From IMG/VR virus record IMGVR_UViG_3300027704_000010: a stretch of DNA of 64,000 bases. One strand, 5' to 3'. The notes below the pieces were generated by a model. The model was not told the DNA's origin, made no database searches, and saw only the letters and a list, made by a program, of their open reading frames with translations. A program made the position numbers and the translations under genes. The first letter of the stretch is position 1; each line of letters starts with the position of its first letter. Shown piece after piece: positions 28,431-36,902 of the stretch. Source of the DNA: an uncultured virus (IMG/VR IMGVR_UViG_3300027704_000010). Taxonomy: Duplodnaviria > Heunggongvirae > Uroviricota > Caudoviricetes.

Positions 28431-30065
28431 TCATAGCAATGCTTCTGCCTCTTCACATTGTTGCCAAAATTGATGCATCTCTGGAAATGTTGCTAAGAAA
28501 TTTGTGTCTCTTCTTGCGTCATGTTCGCTAAAGAATTTAAAAAAGTCTGCTCTGTCTCTTCTTAACTTATCACTATCGATGTCTTGTTTCATTATATCTA
28601 AGTTACGTTTTGCTTTAGCAATTTCAAAATCTTTAAAACCTCTGTAGTCTACATAGTCTTCAGTTGCTTTGTTATCTTCCATAAATTGAATTGCTTCCTG
28701 CATGTAGTCACAATACTCGCTAGGTAGTACATGTATACTTTGCCATGCTGGTGCTCTAAGCAATGGAATGTCAAACCATATACGTTGCTCCGGAACTTCC
28801 CAACCCATTGCAAACTGGTTCTCTTTACTCCACTTATCTCTAAGGTCTAATATTCCTTGTAGGAATTCTGTAAAACTTGTAACACTTAAACAGTTAAACG
28901 TGTTAATAAAATTAATACTAGTAAATCTAGTTTCGTCTAAAAACCTATGACAGTTATTCCACACAGTATCAAATACCATACCATTACGCATATACTCTGC
29001 TTGTTCGCCCCAACCATCTAAACTACAAAACACACTAAAGTTATGATATGCTTTGTCGTTGTATTCGTAAATATATGTGAAACTATTGTTATCCTGTTCT
29101 TCGCATTGTCCAACTTGCATAAACGTTTGCGGTATCTCTTCTCGTTCTATTACTGCTAAGTTGCTGTCGTGATAACGTTTTGCATCAGCGCCAATTATAG
29201 CATGATCCCATGTTTGCCAATCTGTGCCGTCTAGTGGATCTGCTACATATACTTCTGCACCATGTTGTACATTATCTAATCTCTTAACTGAATCTAAAAA
29301 CTTTACAAACAATGCATCGTTGGCAGGACACATGTTTGTTGTTATACTTAATTCTAAATCTTTATTTGGATTTGCTAATACATAATCTAATACTTTAAAA
29401 GTATTCTTATCCATTAATGGCTCACCACCAGTCATACGAAACACACGAAGTGTTTTATACATCTCGGGCCACCACTTCCAAAACGCTGTAACGTATGGAT
29501 TAAGATCCTGTTTTACTTTTAATGGCATTAAGTTTTTTAGTGCAAGACTGTCAATATTATTATGTGGAGCAGTAGTTGGATATTCCCCAAACTCGTCTAT
29601 CTCTTCTTGCCATGCTGTACTTAAATGTGGAGAACAATAACTGCACTTGAAGTTACATGCTTGATTAAAGTTTACTTCTACATAACGTGGATTGATGTTG
29701 CCACTAGCACCAGCATCTAAAATATCTTCTTTACTTTCTTGTGCCCAATACTCGCCACTGCGATATACTCGGTCACTTCTTGCACCCGTATCTTCTATGT
29801 CCCAACAATAACTACAGCCATCTGGTCTCTCGCCTTTAAGCATTTGTCTGCGTTGTTCTTTCTTTTCTTTTGTGTTATGTAGTGCTGTTGGATTATCTTT
29901 TAACTCATCTAACGGAATTGAATGTGTAGGCGGATGATAGCAACTGTGTGTTTGACCATTTGTTAAGTGCATAGATACCTGAGACCATTTAGCATAACAC
30001 ATGCTAGGACTAATATTATCTAGTTGCTCTTTAGCCTTATCAGCGGCTTGGTCGTATATGCTCAT
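28431..30065 (-). CDS. radical SAM protein, CxAKW...SCYHP subtype (rSAM-8)
   Basis: CNFKCSYC and MTGGEP. N-terminal MCYAKW...THSCYHPP...CSYCW; about 70-aa internal insertion relative to rSAM-7. Confidence 0.92.
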   Translation of the reverse strand: MSIYDQAADKAKEQLDNISPSMCYAKWSQVSMHLTNGQTHSCYHPPTHSIPLDELKDNPTALHNTKEKKEQRRQMLKGERPDGCSYCWDIEDTGARSDRVYRSGEYWAQESKEDILDAGASGNINPRYVEVNFNQACNFKCSYCSPHLSTAWQEEIDEFGEYPTTAPHNNIDSLALKNLMPLKVKQDLNPYVTAFWKWWPEMYKTLRVFRMTGGEPLMDKNTFKVLDYVLANPNKDLELSITTNMCPANDALFVKFLDSVKRLDNVQHGAEVYVADPLDGTDWQTWDHAIIGADAKRYHDSNLAVIEREEIPQTFMQVGQCEEQDNNSFTYIYEYNDKAYHNFSVFCSLDGWGEQAEYMRNGMVFDTVWNNCHRFLDETRFTSINFINTFNCLSVTSFTEFLQGILDLRDKWSKENQFAMGWEVPEQRIWFDIPLLRAPAWQSIHVLPSEYCDYMQEAIQFMEDNKATEDYVDYRGFKDFEIAKAKRNLDIMKQDIDSDKLRRDRADFFKFFSEHDARRDTNFLATFPEMHQFWQQCEEAEALL

Positions 30066-30709
30066 ACGGTAATTCCGTGCGTTTTGAAGAACGATTTCAT
30101 GAGATGGCTGATTAATGTTACTTCACCATTCATAGTTTCGTATTCGGAGTCATCCAGATCTCCATTGATAATTCTAGCAGTTGCCTCAGCCCAGAGCTCT
30201 GGTGCCTGGTCCATGCCGCCAGGACATATTCCGTATGCGTTGTTGTTAGGCTCGATTGCAATACATTTCATTAGTTGTTGCTCTGCCGATCTAAGATACC
30301 TGTATGAAAGGTTCTCGAAGCCATACTCTCTTCTACCCAAAGTAACAGAACTAGTGATAAAAATAAATTGTTTACAATGACTTAAGATATCATATATAGC
30401 TAATTTGCCATACATTGTTTGTTGTAGGTTGTCGTCATTTTCCTTTTTAAAAGTTTCAACATGATCTAAGTAATATGTGTCGGCAACATTCCTACGCTTA
30501 TATTTTGGTGTAGCACCACCAACAACTCTCTGATTAAATACTACAACATCTGGATCAGGGTATTTACTAAACTCTGTTTCCATCTGTGCCGGGTCAGTAT
30601 AGTCGAGAGTATCTCTACCTAATTTAATAACGTTGTGTCCGGAACCCGTTAGATAGCCAGCAATTGACAAAGGATATTGTGTTGTGGATCCTATTAAGTA
30701 TATAACCAT
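30062..30709 (-). CDS. degenerate SDR/Rossmann-like protein
   Basis: IYLIGS, D.VVFNQ, FIFITSS, Y...RS and GICPGG follow SDR topology but lack the canonical Lys. Confidence 0.45.
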   Translation of the reverse strand: MVIYLIGSTTQYPLSIAGYLTGSGHNVIKLGRDTLDYTDPAQMETEFSKYPDPDVVVFNQRVVGGATPKYKRRNVADTYYLDHVETFKKENDDNLQQTMYGKLAIYDILSHCKQFIFITSSVTLGRREYGFENLSYRYLRSAEQQLMKCIAIEPNNNAYGICPGGMDQAPELWAEATARIINGDLDDSEYETMNGEVTLISHLMKSFFKTHGITV

Positions 30710-30714
30710 GTTAG

Positions 30715-31710
30715 TTACAGCAATCCTTTTTCTAAAAGTTCTTGTATTTGTTTTTCTCTAACCATTGCACCCCAACGTTTAGGATTAACAAAAGTCTTCT
30801 TAAAGAATTTACACATGTTAGGATTTGGATCGAACAACATCATATCATTAATTTCTTCGTTTAATGTTACACCGATATCCTTGATTGCTATCTCTAACAT
30901 CTCAGGATCATGTGATACTTTAGTGTAAGGGCAAACGACATTGCCTGGGAAACGTGGTAGCACTTGGTTACTAAAGAAATCACTAAACCAGTCATAGTCT
31001 GATATTAAATTAGTATCCCATTCAGTTAATACAGTCATTTGGCATCCAAGCCTTGCTCCGTATATAGCCCACATGCCGTTGTCAATATCACTTCCAATGT
31101 TACACCATGTTTGTAATCTGTTATAGTTCTGCCACCATATCTTATCTTTAAATTCATCTGGCTTTACACGAACACCTTGGTCGGTACTCATTTTAACGCC
31201 TTCTCTAAAGCCTGCTCTGAAGGCTTGAAACGGACTTGCTGTTTGATGTACTTCACTGAATGTGTCGTTAAGTTGTATGTAATCTAGCTTCCAACAAAAC
31301 TCCATACCCTCACCATCTTGTGCGGACTCATGAGTGTTAATTGTTTTAGTATATTCTGTGGGCCAACATTTAAGTCCACCATTACCGTACACTAAACCGT
31401 TTAGAATGTTTTTAGCATTCCAACTAAAAATACATTTACTGATATCATTACCATCATGATCTGTCTCAGGAACATCTAATACTTGTTCGAAGAAATCATC
31501 CATAACAATATTGTCACCGTCTACTGTGATAAATCGTTCTGTTTCTGATTGGTTAGCACATGCCTTGTGAGCGGCATCGAATCCTGTAACTCCGTGTACT
31601 CGTTTAGCCCATGGGACCTTGTTTAACAAGTCTGCCCAATGTTCTTCTGCATTTGGCTCGTCATAGCTGATGTAAAAGATATCTAATTCTGTTACGTCTA
31701 TTTTCGCCAT
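30715..31710 (-). CDS. glycosyltransferase(GT-A)-like protein
   Basis: DIFYISYDEP, GFDAAHKACA, ITVDGDN (DxD), NGLVYGNGGLK and AFRAGFREGVKM. Confidence 0.65.
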   Translation of the reverse strand: MAKIDVTELDIFYISYDEPNAEEHWADLLNKVPWAKRVHGVTGFDAAHKACANQSETERFITVDGDNIVMDDFFEQVLDVPETDHDGNDISKCIFSWNAKNILNGLVYGNGGLKCWPTEYTKTINTHESAQDGEGMEFCWKLDYIQLNDTFSEVHQTASPFQAFRAGFREGVKMSTDQGVRVKPDEFKDKIWWQNYNRLQTWCNIGSDIDNGMWAIYGARLGCQMTVLTEWDTNLISDYDWFSDFFSNQVLPRFPGNVVCPYTKVSHDPEMLEIAIKDIGVTLNEEINDMMLFDPNPNMCKFFKKTFVNPKRWGAMVREKQIQELLEKGLL

Positions 31711-31735
31711 ATGATGTATCCTGTGTTAGTGTAGT

Positions 31736-32353
31736 TTATACTCTAACGTATTTATCATATATTTTGGAGGTGTATATACTAATGTCGGTAAAATTAGCAA
31801 GTGTATGGGGTAATGTAACTGTTTTATCTTTGTGTAATGCAATACCGTCGACTATAAATTTCTCTATTACAAAATGCGGGTCGCCTTTTTCTGTTGCATA
31901 AAATTTTAAATTATGCTTTGTTTTATTCTTTTTAATTGTGTTAGCATGTATCTTTACTGTAATCTCTTTTGCAGTCAGGCTTACTTTTACATCAAACGCA
32001 CTGCCATTAAAGCCTACGTGGGATTTAACTTCAGTTAAAAAGTTTCCGTTAGTAGTAACTTTGTCACTAGTGTAAGTCTTTAATATAATATGGCAAACAC
32101 CATGTTCATCTCGTTCTATACTGAACTGGGCCATTCCCTTTTTACGTTCATCAATAATTTTACAATCAATAGTTTTAAGTTCTGCAACAGCATTGTCACC
32201 GATAGATTTTGCTTCAGGCGGCTTAGTACTTTTATATAATATGTCACCATCATCATTGTATACCAAATAAGTAGTATCGTTTTCTGATGCAATTACTTTT
32301 GCTAAACTACCTTTCTCTTGTTTAAGTAGAGCTAATCGTTCACCTGGAGTCAT
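31736..32353 (-). CDS. hypothetical protein
   Basis: 205-aa ORF in the operon; no recognised motif. Confidence 0.7.
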   Translation of the reverse strand: MTPGERLALLKQEKGSLAKVIASENDTTYLVYNDDGDILYKSTKPPEAKSIGDNAVAELKTIDCKIIDERKKGMAQFSIERDEHGVCHIILKTYTSDKVTTNGNFLTEVKSHVGFNGSAFDVKVSLTAKEITVKIHANTIKKNKTKHNLKFYATEKGDPHFVIEKFIVDGIALHKDKTVTLPHTLANFTDISIYTSKIYDKYVRV

Positions 32354-32362
32354 AATGTTTTC

Positions 32363-33226
32363 CTATTGGAGATAGTCGCTTTCTAGCTGTGCAACCATAT
32401 CCTTTGTTAGCCATTCCTTTGAAACATAATGAAACGGGTGTGTTATTTGGAAATTGCCTATCTTAAAATCTTTGTAAGACTTATAATATGTAGGCAATGT
32501 TTCAGTCCAATCGGTGTGTACTAAACTTGTTGGAATATTTTGTACTTCGCTTTTCATGTGTATAAACGTAGGTAGTTCTGTCATGTGGTCTGCTGTACAC
32601 TTATCTTTTATTCCTAAGATATGCATAGCAAGGCTGAATGCCACATCTGCACTTAGCCAGTCTGGTTTTCCTTTTGGCATATACTTAAAGTACATACGTT
32701 CCCAATTATGGAATATAATCTCTACCATCTTGAAAAACTCTGTTGCAAGGTCTGACTTTTTAAAATAAAAGAATGCTGTATAAACATTTGGCATATCATT
32801 TAGTTTTAAGGACTGCCTGTAGTGTGTATCGTATACATGTTCGTCTCTATATGTTTTTACATTAGTACAAGACCATATATCCTTTTGTGCTAAAATATCC
32901 CACCACTGACTTACATCTGTAGGGAACAACATATCAGTGTCTAGTATTACTGTCTCATCATACGGAGTCATGTAATAGTATTTCCACTTGTTATTAATTT
33001 TCCATTCTTTATCTTCAGCATCATCTTCCCAAGGTATATCCACAATGTGATCAAATACTTTTTTGTGTTTTGCTGTAATAAGTTTTTTAGTCCTAGCGTC
33101 AATACACACCGTAAGATTGTTTACAATGCCCTGTGTTAGCTTTAAGTTCATTGCGAGTGCATACGCCTGCTCTAGATAATCTACAGTGCCGTTGTTTTGT
33201 GCTATTACAATGTAACCCTTACTCAT
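32363..33226 (-). CDS. GT-A (GT8/mannosyltransferase-like) glycosyltransferase
   Basis: KGYIVIAQNN..DY, TPYDETVILDTD (DxD), ADVAFSLA and FHY. Paralog of 34509-35405. Confidence 0.7.
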   Translation of the reverse strand: MSKGYIVIAQNNGTVDYLEQAYALAMNLKLTQGIVNNLTVCIDARTKKLITAKHKKVFDHIVDIPWEDDAEDKEWKINNKWKYYYMTPYDETVILDTDMLFPTDVSQWWDILAQKDIWSCTNVKTYRDEHVYDTHYRQSLKLNDMPNVYTAFFYFKKSDLATEFFKMVEIIFHNWERMYFKYMPKGKPDWLSADVAFSLAMHILGIKDKCTADHMTELPTFIHMKSEVQNIPTSLVHTDWTETLPTYYKSYKDFKIGNFQITHPFHYVSKEWLTKDMVAQLESDYLQ

Positions 33227-33905
33227 TTTCTAATAATCTCTGTGTGTCTTTCCAGTTTGTAACTGCGAACACTTGTTCTGGTTGTAGTTGTACTGCTAGA
33301 GGATAATCATTTCCTGCAGGGTCAACTCTGTCGCCATAAAATTTAATTGAGTCTATGTCGAAGTCTTTTAATATTTGAGACTTATCACATCCCTTTTTAA
33401 ATATATCTATACCTGTCTCACCGCCAACTTTTGCACTTAGCTCTGGGAAACGTGTATTAAATCTTTCAGCAATAGCAGTTCTTTCTTGCACTATTAAATC
33501 GTATTGATAGTAGTGTTCTCTTTGTTGTTTGTTTGCATGTCTACCCACAACACTAAAGTTAACCATGCCGGTTCTCTCTTCTATGTGTAAGCCTGTTTGT
33601 GTTTGCCATTTGCTGTTATCTAATTCGTTTACTAGAAAGAAGCCTGATTCAGCTGGCAACTTCCAATCATTATGACTAAGTTGCTCGTCTTTAGCATACA
33701 CATCATTACCACTACAGTTATAAACTCTCATACATGCGTTGTAAACATCATCGCCAATTTGTTCTATTGTCTTTGGTCGGTCACTGCCTGTTACTAAAAT
33801 TACACTATGGGTTTTAGCAAACTCTAAAAACTGTTGTTTAAACTCAGCGTCTATTGTTCCTCTACTAGGAGTTAGTGTGCCATCTACATCAAAGATATAA
33901 TTCAT
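33219..33905 (-). CDS. HAD-family phosphomannomutase (eukaryotic PMM-like)
   Basis: FDVDGTLTPSR, VTGSD, ERTGMVNFS.VGR, VGGETGIDIF..G.DK and FYGD....GNDY. Start at MNYIF. Confidence 0.88.
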   Translation of the reverse strand: MNYIFDVDGTLTPSRGTIDAEFKQQFLEFAKTHSVILVTGSDRPKTIEQIGDDVYNACMRVYNCSGNDVYAKDEQLSHNDWKLPAESGFFLVNELDNSKWQTQTGLHIEERTGMVNFSVVGRHANKQQREHYYQYDLIVQERTAIAERFNTRFPELSAKVGGETGIDIFKKGCDKSQILKDFDIDSIKFYGDRVDPAGNDYPLAVQLQPEQVFAVTNWKDTQRLLENE

Positions 33906-33912
33906 GTGTGTG

Positions 33913-33999
33913 TTACTTCTTTTTTCTTTTATTGAACTGTTTATTAGCATTACGTTGCCAACTCCATTCGAAGAATTTACTAATTGCGTTGCTTATCAT
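33913..33999 (-). CDS. micro-ORF (28 aa, basic C-terminus)
   Basis: MISNAISKFFEWSWQRNANKQFNKRKKK* fills the gap. Confidence 0.4.
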   Translation of the reverse strand: MISNAISKFFEWSWQRNANKQFNKRKKK

Positions 34000-34009
34000 T
34001 CGTTGTAAT

Positions 34010-34237
34010 TCAAACATCTTTCTTCCACGTTGAGGGATCGCCCCAACTAATTAAATCGTTTATAGCAGACTGGCATCCGTGAATGTAATCTCTATCTTCT
34101 TCGCTTAGTACTGACCAAGCGTAGGTAACTTTGTCTATCATCGCTGTTACTTCTTCTGGATGATCCAGGTGATAGTTGCTTTCCATACATGCTTGAATCT
34201 CATCCATTCGCTTGTCTAGTTTTTCTCGTAACTTCAC
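34010..34237 (-). CDS. hypothetical protein
   Basis: KLREKLDKRMDE...WSVLSEEDRDYI. GTGA overlap with the upstream ORF. Confidence 0.7.
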   Translation of the reverse strand: MKLREKLDKRMDEIQACMESNYHLDHPEEVTAMIDKVTYAWSVLSEEDRDYIHGCQSAINDLISWGDPSTWKKDV

Positions 34238-34401
34238 TTTACTGGTTTCCAATCTTCTTTAAATAAACAAAATCTAGTTTGCCCATCCTTTGTTTCGTAC
34301 ACAAACTGTGTTGCTAATAGTTGTACAACTTTGCCCGTGTTAGTTCTATTAAACCCAGACTCGTGATGCACTATAACATCTTTAAGATTTGGCTTTTTCA
34401 T
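34234..34401 (-). CDS. small hypothetical protein (55 aa)
   Basis: MKKPNLKDVIVHHESGFNR...QFVYETKDGQTRFCLFKEDWKPVK*. Upstream GAGG. Confidence 0.6.
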   Translation of the reverse strand: MKKPNLKDVIVHHESGFNRTNTGKVVQLLATQFVYETKDGQTRFCLFKEDWKPVK

Positions 34402-34519
34402 CTTGTTCCTCTTCTCGTAAGTCTTCGCCTTCCTTACCTCTAGTGCGATTACCGTCCGAATTTAATTCTGTTAAATCTTGTTGCTTGTTTTTTTGATTGT
34501 GTTCTTCTTCACATGACAT
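34382..34519 (-). CDS. small hydrophilic peptide (45 aa)
   Basis: MSCEEEHNQKNKQQDLTELNSDGNRTRGKEGEDLREEEQDEKAKS*. Upstream AAGGAG. Confidence 0.55.
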   Translation of the reverse strand: MSCEEEHNQKNKQQDLTELNSDGNRTRGKEGEDLREEEQDEKAKS

Positions 34520-35405
34520 GGCTTAGTAACTCCTTACTTACTCTATTTATCGCCCACTTGTTCATAACATGTATATCTACGCCACGCCATCTACATAACA
34601 TAAAGTCGCCTAGACTTTTTGGCTTCTCTAAGTAGAATATTAATTCATTTTTCTCTGGAGAGGAATGTACATCGTCGGTATCAAATGTTTTATAAAGTGC
34701 AGGCACCGGAAGTTGTGGAACTCCTTTCTCTACAAATCCGGATAGCATGTGTGCGGCTACACTAAAACTGTAATCATTACGATATAAGCCACCGGGCCAT
34801 CTATACAGTTCTTGGTAGTATTGAGTGTTGTCTCGTACATGTCGTACGGTATTAAAAAACTGTTGTGCATAGTTAGACTTTTTAAAGTAAACTACTGTAG
34901 CCCAATACATAGTGATGCCAACAGGACTCAAACGTTTAAGTGAATCGTCATTACGTTCTGACATAATGTCTTCGTAGTTCCAGTTCATCATTAATTCGTT
35001 GTCGTGTCCCCAACACTGATTTAATACATCACTCATAACTAAGTAGTCTGCATCTATTAGTATTGTTTCATCATATGGACTTAGGTCGTAAGCATCACAT
35101 CTATCTATGTTATAAAACGGAAGTGATGTACTTTTGTGGCTCGTATCTTTGTATGAGCGTCTGTTAATGTTCTTGAATGCTTTGTCTTTAGTTGTTATAA
35201 CAATATTTGATATAGCATTGTGTATGAAATCGTAACCCATTTCATCTAAGTTATAATCATAACTGTATTGGTTTGTAACAACTGTGATATTATCTATACC
35301 TAAGTTTTCTTTGATATAGTATGCATTTATAGTTGCTAACTTTAGATAATCTATTTCCTCATTGTTATGAGCAAATATTAATATGCCTTTACTTGGAGTT
35401 GTCAT
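34509..35405 (-). CDS. GT-A (GT8/mannosyltransferase-like) glycosyltransferase
   Basis: KGILIFAHNN..IDY, YDLSPYDETILIDAD, RNDYSFSVA and DIHVMNK. Confidence 0.7.
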   Translation of the reverse strand: MTTPSKGILIFAHNNEEIDYLKLATINAYYIKENLGIDNITVVTNQYSYDYNLDEMGYDFIHNAISNIVITTKDKAFKNINRRSYKDTSHKSTSLPFYNIDRCDAYDLSPYDETILIDADYLVMSDVLNQCWGHDNELMMNWNYEDIMSERNDDSLKRLSPVGITMYWATVVYFKKSNYAQQFFNTVRHVRDNTQYYQELYRWPGGLYRNDYSFSVAAHMLSGFVEKGVPQLPVPALYKTFDTDDVHSSPEKNELIFYLEKPKSLGDFMLCRWRGVDIHVMNKWAINRVSKELLSHVM

Positions 35406-35757
35406 CAAGTTCCATATCCACCAGCTTATGAACTTTTCTGCTTTTCTTTATTTTGGAATATTCGTAATGATATTCGTTGGTAGCTTCAAAGTACCTTGAT
35501 AGAATCTCTTCTAAGAAATCATCTAGCCCGACAATTTCAATTGGATTGTTATACACATCTAACAGTACTGCTTTAGTGTGCCCTTGTGTTATTAATGTCT
35601 GTACAAACGATATAAGCATTTGAGAAATCTCAAACGTACCACCGTTAGTACTGTAACTTAATAGTGTTTGCACTTTAGATCGAAGTGCGTTGTGTTGTAC
35701 GTTTAGAGTTAATCTATAGTTCGCGAACTCTAATGCTTTGGTTAATTTAGAAGTCAT
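35389..35757 (-). CDS. hypothetical protein
   Basis: 122-aa ORF; first gene after the terminator, preceded by GATAAATA-N5. Confidence 0.75.
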   Translation of the reverse strand: MTSKLTKALEFANYRLTLNVQHNALRSKVQTLLSYSTNGGTFEISQMLISFVQTLITQGHTKAVLLDVYNNPIEIVGLDDFLEEILSRYFEATNEYHYEYSKIKKSRKVHKLVDMELDDNSK

Positions 35758-35762
35758 AGCTA

Positions 35763-35768
35763 TATTTA
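35763..35768 (-). promoter_or_regulatory. late-type promoter core GATAAATA, 5 nt before ATG
   Basis: GATAAATA-TAGCT-ATG (35757). Confidence 0.65.
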
Positions 35769-35774
35769 TCAGTC

Positions 35775-35806
35775 AAAAAAAAGCCAGTTACTGTGAACTG
35801 GCTTTT
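35775..35806 (-). terminator. Rho-independent terminator
   Basis: Stem AAAAGCCAGTT / AACTGGCTTTT with a 6-nt loop, giving a U8 tract on the minus strand. Lies just after the stop of 35821-36867. Confidence 0.85.
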
Positions 35807-35820
35807 AAATTTATATCTTA

Positions 35821-36867
35821 TTACAAGTTACTTATTGCTGATGTACCAGGTTGTGCTAATGTTATACCATTGTTTGCTCGTTTAGTAGTACAAGTACTTG
35901 AAACTGTACCGTCTACACTATCAACATAACCGACTGAGTCATCACTGTTACCGTCAACACCATCCGCTCCAATACCATCGCCTAATGCGTGATCATCTCT
36001 AAGTGTTGCTTTGAATGTTATAGCTGTTGGGTTAGTAGTGCTGTTAACTTTAGCAACTAATTGGTAGTAGTTACTTGCATATGAACTAGAACCATACTTG
36101 ATATACATCTGTACATACGAAGTAGTCAATTCATAAAAGCCTTTACCGGCACTTGTACCTGTTGAACCTGAACTAGTTAAGTTGTTCAAGTTAAAAGTAA
36201 GTGTGCCCATTGCACTTAATAGTGCTGTCCAGTTACTATTTTGTGAACCAATTGTTCCTGCGGCTGAACCTGATGTTCCTCCTGATCTTGAAGAAGAAAA
36301 ATTAATTTCTCCACCTGCATTAAAGAACGCTCTACATTGTGCTTCACTGGCAAAGCTCACTGAAAATTCATGTGTTACTTCTGGTGTTGATGAGCTTCCC
36401 CATCCTGCTGTTCTACTTGAGGTTGCTAACGATTCTGAAGTTAAACTTCCACTTGGTACACTAAATCTGCTATCAAAACATGATTTAGCATCTGCCATTA
36501 AGTTAGACCAGTCAGTTGATGAAATACCATCACCTGCCGCTGAATCTGAAGTACTTGAAGAATTTAATGTTAAGCCAAGGAATGTACCTACCGCTTGAAT
36601 CTCATCCTGTAAATTTTTATATCCATTGTCTGTGCTACTTGCTCGGATAAGCTCTCCGCCTGCGGCATCCAACGAACCAATTGATTGGTCGTAACCATAA
36701 ATTGAACTTGCTGTGTATGTGCCCAATGTATGATCTGCAGGAGTACTTAACTGCCTGTAGACATTGTTTTTCATTCCATCGTAATCAGCGTTACCGATTA
36801 CATCACCAGCGACCACTTGGGTCATTGTGTGTCCACCGGATACTGTTAAAGTGCTTCCACTTGCCAT
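35821..36867 (-). CDS. virion structural protein (Ser/Thr/Gly-rich)
   Basis: F.SEAQCRAFFNAGGEI...W..LL..MG motif as seen in large-phage tail proteins. Own promoter, SD AGGAG and terminator. Confidence 0.7.
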   Translation of the reverse strand: MASGSTLTVSGGHTMTQVVAGDVIGNADYDGMKNNVYRQLSTPADHTLGTYTASSIYGYDQSIGSLDAAGGELIRASSTDNGYKNLQDEIQAVGTFLGLTLNSSSTSDSAAGDGISSTDWSNLMADAKSCFDSRFSVPSGSLTSESLATSSRTAGWGSSSTPEVTHEFSVSFASEAQCRAFFNAGGEINFSSSRSGGTSGSAAGTIGSQNSNWTALLSAMGTLTFNLNNLTSSGSTGTSAGKGFYELTTSYVQMYIKYGSSSYASNYYQLVAKVNSTTNPTAITFKATLRDDHALGDGIGADGVDGNSDDSVGYVDSVDGTVSSTCTTKRANNGITLAQPGTSAISNL

Positions 36868-36894
36868 ATTAAACTCCTACTAGTTTCTTACTTA

Positions 36895-36902
36895 TATTTA
36901 TC
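36895..36902 (-). promoter_or_regulatory. late-type promoter core GATAAATA
   Basis: GATAAATA directly after the upstream stop, then SD AGGAG and ATG 36867. Confidence 0.6.

Noticed and set aside
29040..29265. Possible mini-intein in rSAM-8 (the insert ends near ...YHNF)
   Set aside because: His-Asn is followed by Phe rather than Cys/Ser/Thr, no HINT block motifs are visible, and the insert is too short.
8452..30065. Naming the rSAM genes moaA, pqqE, nrdG, queE or anSME
   Set aside because: Domain order is inverted and the partner genes of those pathways are absent, so no specific symbol is supportable.
5682..31754. Additional TAAATA hexamers near gene ends (5682-5687, 31749-31754)
   Set aside because: They lie inside coding sequence, and the hexamer is common in AT-rich DNA. 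Plausible promoters, but not supportable without TSS data.
785..35757. A bacterial capsule/LPS locus or a 7-deazaguanine DNA-modification cluster
   Set aside because: No wzx/wzy/ABC exporter and no folE/queC/queD/dpdA are present. The genes are contiguous with phage baseplate genes and share phage late-type promoters.
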